A stretch of DNA of 32,000 nt from Phycisphaera mikurensis NBRC 102666 (lineage in GTDB: Bacteria; Planctomycetota; Phycisphaerae; Phycisphaerales; Phycisphaeraceae). Location: positions 720,001-752,000 of the forward strand of contig NC_017080.1 in assembly GCF_000284115.1 (NCBI RefSeq), in the 5' to 3' direction. The notes beneath the pieces are model-generated. The model ran no database searches. It was not told the DNA's origin and saw only the letters and a program-made list of their open reading frames with translations. The position numbers and the translations under genes are program-made. Shown in pieces: positions 27,128 through 32,000 of this stretch. Every line of letters starts with the position of its first letter. The first letter of the stretch is position 1.

Positions 27128-27366
27128 TTCGCGTTTTGCGACCGCGCTTTCTCCGACCCCCGCGTGGTCGAGCGGGGCGCTGTGCGTCCGCCGACCACGT
27201 CCCGGCCGCGGACCGTCGGGCGGGACGGCCCGGGAGGCTGACGGTCCGCGGATTCTGCCTTTCACGGTGTGGTACTTGCCCGGCCGCTACACCGCCGGAG
27301 GCGGTGAGCCACCGGTCTGGGCTGCGCCCGACGGAAGCGAGGCTTGGCACGTCCTGAAGGGCCGCG

Positions 27367-27684
27367 TCAGAACCGCTCGCGGCGGCAGACCTCGATGGAC
27401 TCGAGGTACACGACGCCGGAGTGATTCGTGAACAGCTCCTTGAGCGCCCGCTCGGCGATCCGCTCGGCCTTGGCGCGGTCGGTGGTGATCACCTCCACCT
27501 GCTGGTGGTCGAAGCCCTCCACGAGTGTGGCTCGGTCGGAGGTCGCGTGAAGGTGGTGGAGGCCCTTCCCGCCGACGGGCGTGAGGGTGTAGCCGTGGCC
27601 GCCGCAGGCCTCGATCAGGGCGCAGACGCGCTCGACCAGGAAGTGCTCCGCGATGAGGGTGACCTTGGTCGCCGGGTAGAGCAT
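27367..27684 (-). CDS. sbtB: PII-like signalling protein, SbtB-like, next to an SbtA-like transporter
   Basis: MLYPATKVTLIAEHFLVERVCALIEACGGHGYTLTPVGGKGLHHLHATSDRATLVEGFDHQQVEVITTDRAKAERIAERALKELFTNHSGVVYLESIEVCRRERF; PII-like fold pattern, adjacent to sbtA. Confidence 0.75.
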   Translation of the reverse strand: MLYPATKVTLIAEHFLVERVCALIEACGGHGYTLTPVGGKGLHHLHATSDRATLVEGFDHQQVEVITTDRAKAERIAERALKELFTNHSGVVYLESIEVCRRERF

Positions 27685-27705
27685 GGTGGGTGGGGGGTGG
27701 GGGCC

Positions 27706-28737
27706 TCAGCCGCCGAAGACGAGCTTGCCCAGGGCGGCGAACAGGGGGATGCACAGGGCGATGGCGACCGGCGTGCCGACGCTGGTCGAGGCGCCGATGT
27801 AGGTGGAGGGGTTGGCCCAGGGGATGCCGGCGCGGATGGTGGGGGGGCCGGAGATGTCCGAGTTGCTCGCGGCGATCACCGCCAGCAGCACGACCCCGCC
27901 GGGGCTGAAGCCCACGGCGTGGTGGGCGATCCAGCCGAGCCCGAAGGCGATCAGCCCGTGAACGACCGGGCCGACCAGCGCGTAGAGCGCGAACCAGTGG
28001 GCGACCGCCTTGAGCTCCCGCAGGCGCGACCAGGCTTCCATGCCCAGCACCAGCATGAGCACCGAGAGAAGGCCGCGGAACACCGGCTCGTAGAAGCTCT
28101 GCAGCACCGACTCGGGCCGGGCGAGCAGGCCCAGCGCCAGGCCGAGGATCAGCGCCGAGAGCGCGGAGCCCTGCAGGCTCTCCTTCACGATCGCCCAGGT
28201 GTCGACCTTCCGCGGGGTCGGCTCGCCGTTTGCGTCCCCGGCTTCCCCCTCCGCCTGCTGCCGGTGCCGGGTGGCGAGCACGATCGCCAGCACCAGCGCC
28301 GGGATGTCCATGAACGGGTAGAGCGCCGGGACCCAGGCCTCGAAGGCGATGCCCTGCTCCTCGAGCATCACGATCGCGGCGGCCAGTGAGGAGGCGCTGA
28401 CGGCCCCGAACAGGCCCGCGGTGGCGAGCCCGTCCTCCCGCCGGATGCCCGGCAGCCGGGCGAAGACGGCCTGACCGAGCAGCACGATGAGCAGCCCGGT
28501 GACGACCGAGAACACCGCCGGCAGCAGCATCGCGAGGAGATTGGCCTCGCGGATCTCCACCCCGCCCTTCATGCCGATCTTCAAGAGCAGCACGAAGACG
28601 ACGAACTGGTAGACGGGGTTGGGGATGGTGAGCTTGCTGCCGAAGGCCGCGAGCAGCGCCCCGCCCAGGAGGAACGACAGCGTGGGCGACTGGAACTGGC
28701 TCAGGAACTGGCCGGCGAAGTCGAGCAGTGCGTCCAT
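27706..28737 (-). CDS. sbtA: Sodium-dependent bicarbonate transporter family protein (SbtA-like, DUF897)
   Basis: 'SPTLSFLLGGALLAAFGSKLTIPNPVYQFVVFVLLLKIGMKGGVEI', 'LYPFMDIPALVLAIVLA', 'VIAASNSDISGPPTIRAGIPWANPSTYIGASTSVGTPVAIALCIPLF', characteristic of SbtA. Confidence 0.9.
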   Translation of the reverse strand: MDALLDFAGQFLSQFQSPTLSFLLGGALLAAFGSKLTIPNPVYQFVVFVLLLKIGMKGGVEIREANLLAMLLPAVFSVVTGLLIVLLGQAVFARLPGIRREDGLATAGLFGAVSASSLAAAIVMLEEQGIAFEAWVPALYPFMDIPALVLAIVLATRHRQQAEGEAGDANGEPTPRKVDTWAIVKESLQGSALSALILGLALGLLARPESVLQSFYEPVFRGLLSVLMLVLGMEAWSRLRELKAVAHWFALYALVGPVVHGLIAFGLGWIAHHAVGFSPGGVVLLAVIAASNSDISGPPTIRAGIPWANPSTYIGASTSVGTPVAIALCIPLFAALGKLVFGG

Positions 28738-28897
28738 GGCGGTTCCCGGTCGGCCCGGCCACGCGCCGGCGGCGCCTGCGGGTGGTCGCGGCAGACAGTA
28801 TCGAGCGGCCGGTAAGCCGCAGCTTCGGCATCAACCTCGAGCTTCGCCGACACGGAGGCGCACACGAGAAACAAGAGCAAGCGCAGCGACGCGAGAG

Positions 28898-29233
28898 TCA
28901 CTCCGCGGAGCGGGACGATTCGTCCCCGACGGTGCCCTCCCACTTGGGGTGCCCGCCGCGGAGGGCGGCTTTGGCGAGGAGGTGACTGCCGATGGGGTTG
29001 GCGATGAAGACGAAGACGATCACGATCAGCGCCTTGAGGCCGACCTCGGCGGTGCCCAGGTGGAACACGGCGGCCAGCAGCATGCCCATGAGGCCCAGCG
29101 TGGGCCCCTTGCTGGCGGCGTGCAGCCGCAGGTACGCGTCGGGCAGGCGGACGATGCCCAGCGCGCTCACGAACATGAAGAACAGCCCGATCAGCAGGAA
29201 GAAGGCGACGACGAGGTCGATCAGCAGGCTCAT
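28898..29233 (-). CDS. mnhG: Na+/H+ antiporter subunit G (second cluster)
   Basis: MSLLIDLVVAFFLLIGLFFMFVSALGIVRLPDAYLRLHAASKGPTLGLMGMLLAAVFHLG...'FVFIANPIGSHLLAKAA'. Confidence 0.9.
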   Translation of the reverse strand: MSLLIDLVVAFFLLIGLFFMFVSALGIVRLPDAYLRLHAASKGPTLGLMGMLLAAVFHLGTAEVGLKALIVIVFVFIANPIGSHLLAKAALRGGHPKWEGTVGDESSRSAE

Positions 29234-29640
29234 CGGTGGGGCTCCTCCTGCAACGGGCGGTCCGCGGCCGCGGACCGCTGCCGGGCGCCGATGTACTGGG
29301 CGAAGCCCACGGTGCTGGCGAAGCCGACGATCGCGACGCCCAGGGCGGCGTCGAAGAAGGTGAGGTTGCGGAGGTAGACCGAGAGCAGGATCACCAGCGC
29401 CACCACGTGGAAGGCGAAGACGTCCGAGGCGAGCACGCGGTCGGCCAGGCCCGGGCCTCTCCAGAGCCGGTAGAGGCACAGCACCATGCCGGCGCAGATG
29501 CTCGCGAGGCCGAGCATCACCGCGGCGTACAGCGGCAGCGAGAGGGCGTTGGGGTCGGCGTAGGTCGCGGCTTCGGCGTCGGCGGCCGGGGCGGTCCCGG
29601 CCGCGGCGGCGGCGAGCAGGGCGAAGAGATCAGGCATCAT
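29230..29640 (-). CDS. mnhF: Na+/H+ antiporter subunit F (second cluster)
   Basis: 'LASICAGMVLCLYRLWRGPGLADRVLASDVFAFHVVALVILLSVYLRN'; overlaps mnhG start (ATGA). Confidence 0.85.
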   Translation of the reverse strand: MMPDLFALLAAAAAGTAPAADAEAATYADPNALSLPLYAAVMLGLASICAGMVLCLYRLWRGPGLADRVLASDVFAFHVVALVILLSVYLRNLTFFDAALGVAIVGFASTVGFAQYIGARQRSAAADRPLQEEPHR

Positions 29641-30139
29641 CGAACACCTCCTCCTGCATCCGCCGCTTGAGCTCGTCGAGCTCGGCGACGGCGGCGTCGC
29701 GGTCCCGGGCGTACATGGCGTGGACGAGCAGCACGTGGCCGGGCGGGTCGCCGGGGCGGGGCTCGCAGAGGTCGATCGCGAGCGTGCCGGGGGTCAGCGT
29801 GATGGCGTTGGCGAGCGTCGTGACCTCCGCGTCGCTGAGCTCGCCGACGGGGTAGCGGATGAAGCGGGGGGTGCAGCCGGTCCGCGGCGTGATCACCTCC
29901 CAAGCGACCTGGAGGTTCGCCTCGATCAGGATTCTCATGAAGTAGCCGAGGAAGCGGACCAGCTCCCACACCCGGTGCAGGTACACGCCCCGGCCCGGCC
30001 CGGCGACCCGCTGGCACAGGGCGATCACGCAGAAGCCGATGGCGAATCCGATCGCGAAGTCCAGCGGGTGCCCCGAGCCGACCAGGCCCGCGTAGAGCAC
30101 CGCGAGGAACACGTTGAGCATGAACGTCCGCAGCATCAC
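29630..30139 (-). CDS. mnhE: Na+/H+ antiporter subunit E (second cluster)
   Basis: 'LNVFLAVLYAGLVGSGHPLDFAIGFAIGF', 'LANAITLTPGTLAIDLCEPRPGDPPGHVLLVHAMYARD'. Confidence 0.9.
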   Translation of the reverse strand: MMLRTFMLNVFLAVLYAGLVGSGHPLDFAIGFAIGFCVIALCQRVAGPGRGVYLHRVWELVRFLGYFMRILIEANLQVAWEVITPRTGCTPRFIRYPVGELSDAEVTTLANAITLTPGTLAIDLCEPRPGDPPGHVLLVHAMYARDRDAAVAELDELKRRMQEEVFDDA

Positions 30140-31899
30140 TTCGTTCCTCCTGCGGAGGAACGAGGGGTCGTGCCCTCGCCGGTGTGGTGACTCCGCGGCG
30201 GCGGAGCCGCCGCTGCGTGTGTGGCGTCTGCATGCTCACCGGCGTGAGCCGAGGCGGCGGGATCCGGTGAGGATCCGTGCTTCCCATACGCCTCGGCTGT
30301 TGGTTTCCCGATCTTCGGCGGCGGGACGGGGGCGACGTCGATGACGGCCGGATCGGCGGGCAGCACGGCCCGCACATAGGCGGTGGGTTCGGCGAGGCCG
30401 GCGCCGGCCCTCTTCGCCAGGGCGAGCGCGGGCTCGGGGGCCAGGCTCATCCAGCCGGCGGCGACCAGCAGCAGCGCCACCGCGACGGCGCGGTGCCAGC
30501 CGCAGCGGGCGGGTGCGGGCGGCACGGGACCGGCGGCGGCCTCCGCCGGCTCCTCCGCTTCCGGGAACACCCAGAACACGCCCGCCCAGGCCCGCAGCAC
30601 CGCGAGCAGCGTGACGGCCCCGGTCAGGAGCGCGACCACGCCGAGCACCGGGTGCCCGGTCCCGAGCGCCTCCTGGACGATCAGCAGCTTCCCGTAGAAG
30701 CCCGACAGCGGCGGCAGGCCCACCAGCGCGAGCAGGATTGCGAGCAGGCCGACGGCCAGCCAGGGGTGGCCGCGGTGCAGGCCGCCGGGGACCCGCCCCC
30801 CCCGGAACCGGTCGGTGCCGGCCGCGGCCTCGAGCCGCCCGCAAAGGAGGAAGGCCACCGACACCACCAGCATCGACTGGACGCAGTAGAAGACCGTCCC
30901 GGCGAGCGCATCGGCGCTGCCGACCGCGATGCCGGCCAGCGCGAAGCCCACGCCGGTGAGGATCATCATGCACAGCACCATCCGCATCCGCGGGTAGGCC
31001 ACCGCCATCAGCGCCGGCACGAGCATCGTGGCGCCGGCGGTCAGCCCCAGCAGCGGGCCGATCGCGTCGGCGGCGTGGTTCGCCCCGAAGACCGCGGGGA
31101 ACAGCCGCGCCAGCGCGTAGACGCCGACCTTGGTCAGCACGCCGCCGAAGACCGCGAGCGTGGGCGTCGGCAGCGACGGGTAGACGTCGGGCAGCCAGAA
31201 CCACAGCGGGAAGGCACCGGCTTTGAGCGCGAAGACGATCAGCAGCGTGACCGACACCGCCGCGAAGCCCGCCGGCGGCTCGAAGCCCGGCTCCAGGAAG
31301 GTCCGGCACAGGTCCGCCACGTTCAGCGTGCCGAACATTCCGTACACCAGCCCCGCGCCGGTGACGAACAGCGTCGAGGCCAGCAGGTTCAGGAGCACGT
31401 ACTTGTACGCCTGGGCCAGCTGGACTCGCCCGCCGCCGAGGACGACCAGCCCGTAGCTGGCCATCAGCATCACCTCGAAGGCGACGAAGAGGTTGAAGAG
31501 GTCGCCGGTCAGGAACGAGAGGTTCACGCCCGCGACCAGGAAGGCGAACAGCGGGTGGAAGTACCGGCGTTGCAGCGTCTCGGGCAGCGCGGCCACCGCG
31601 TAGAGGTGCCCGCAGAACGCGACCAGCGCGGTGGACGCGAGCAGCATCGAGCTCGTCGCGTCGGCCACGAGGCTGATGCCCAGGGGCGCGGCCCAGCCGC
31701 CCATCTGGCTGGAGAGCACGGCGCTGACCGCATCCGGAGCGCTCGCCACCGCGTTCAGCAGCCACAGGCACAGCCCGAGATTCGCGACGAGCCCGACCGA
31801 GATCACGCGGCCGCACGCGCGTACGCGGGGCACCAGCGGCAGGCTGGCGATCCCCAGCAGCACCGGGAGCAGGACGGGGAGGACGACCCAGCGGTTCAC
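30136..31899 (-). CDS. mnhD: Na+/H+ antiporter subunit D (second cluster)
   Basis: GTG start (V/M)[23 protein letters not shown]; 'LKAGAFPLWFWLPDVYPSLPTPTLAVFGGVLTKVGVYALARLFPAVF'. Confidence 0.92.
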   Translation of the reverse strand: MNRWVVLPVLLPVLLGIASLPLVPRVRACGRVISVGLVANLGLCLWLLNAVASAPDAVSAVLSSQMGGWAAPLGISLVADATSSMLLASTALVAFCGHLYAVAALPETLQRRYFHPLFAFLVAGVNLSFLTGDLFNLFVAFEVMLMASYGLVVLGGGRVQLAQAYKYVLLNLLASTLFVTGAGLVYGMFGTLNVADLCRTFLEPGFEPPAGFAAVSVTLLIVFALKAGAFPLWFWLPDVYPSLPTPTLAVFGGVLTKVGVYALARLFPAVFGANHAADAIGPLLGLTAGATMLVPALMAVAYPRMRMVLCMMILTGVGFALAGIAVGSADALAGTVFYCVQSMLVVSVAFLLCGRLEAAAGTDRFRGGRVPGGLHRGHPWLAVGLLAILLALVGLPPLSGFYGKLLIVQEALGTGHPVLGVVALLTGAVTLLAVLRAWAGVFWVFPEAEEPAEAAAGPVPPAPARCGWHRAVAVALLLVAAGWMSLAPEPALALAKRAGAGLAEPTAYVRAVLPADPAVIDVAPVPPPKIGKPTAEAYGKHGSSPDPAASAHAGEHADATHAAAAPPPRSHHTGEGTTPRSSAGGTK

Positions 31900-32000
31900 G
31901 TTCCACCTCCGGTGGAGGGTGAGGTCCGGCCGATGGAGGCCGCTGCCGGCCTCGCTTCGTCGACGGGCGTGGCCGCAAGGCCTCCGTCGAGCCCCGGCCC
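31896..32000 (-). CDS. C-terminal tail of the upstream gene, probably subunit C of the second cluster (cut by window end)
   Basis: Open frame ending in TGA at 31898-31896 that overlaps the mnhD GTG start (GTGA): ...ASIGRTSPSTGGGT*. Subunit identity is inferred only from gene order. Confidence 0.35.
   Translation of the reverse strand, partial: GPGLDGGLAATPVDEARPAAASIGRTSPSTGGGT

Noticed and set aside
1-32000. CRISPR arrays, tRNA, rRNA
   Set aside because: No regularly spaced identical short repeats with unique spacers, and no recognisable tRNA or rRNA sequence, seen when reading the window. The tandem CACCTTCGCGGACC units at ~9306..9350 have no spacers.

Overview
This is a very GC-rich window that looks planctomycete-like, possibly Phycisphaerae. 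I infer that from PEP-CTERM tails, a dockerin-like repeat, a DUF1559-style prepilin protein and a DUF1207-type protein; it was not tested by search. Left to right it contains: (i) a surface-glycan cluster (CMP-sugar synthetase end, WaaP/Kdo-kinase-like protein, two glycosyltransferase-like genes); (ii) ThuA-like, DUF2243-like, DUF1207-like and secreted beta-helix (PL6-like) genes; (iii) an accessory island at ~8.28-13.6 kb; (iv) a minus-strand cluster of a secreted EEP nuclease-like protein, a prepilin-like protein and an autotransporter-like PEP-CTERM protein; (v) a complete Mrp Na+/H+ antiporter operon (A-G); (vi) two secreted PEP-CTERM proteins; (vii) an SbtA/SbtB-like bicarbonate transporter pair; (viii) part of a second Mrp/Mnh operon (C tail, D, E, F, G). 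The island holds a DUF433/DUF5615 toxin-antitoxin pair between two ~370-bp direct repeats, then a minus-strand restriction-modification operon. The most interesting observation is hidden in two short ORFs absent from the ORF track. One (13060..12953, minus) looks like the N-terminus of a MmeI/YeeA-type DNA methyltransferase and ends after 35 aa. The other (10522..10349, minus) looks like the C-terminus of the same family. Between them lie a different adenine methyltransferase and a PD-(D/E)XK-like nuclease candidate. The last four genes are joined by successive ATGA stop/start overlaps. This looks like a Type IIL-type gene whose core was exchanged for a separate M+R cassette, or like a split multi-subunit system that retains a stand-alone MmeI C-terminal helical peptide. 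Several dispersed repeat families surround the island.
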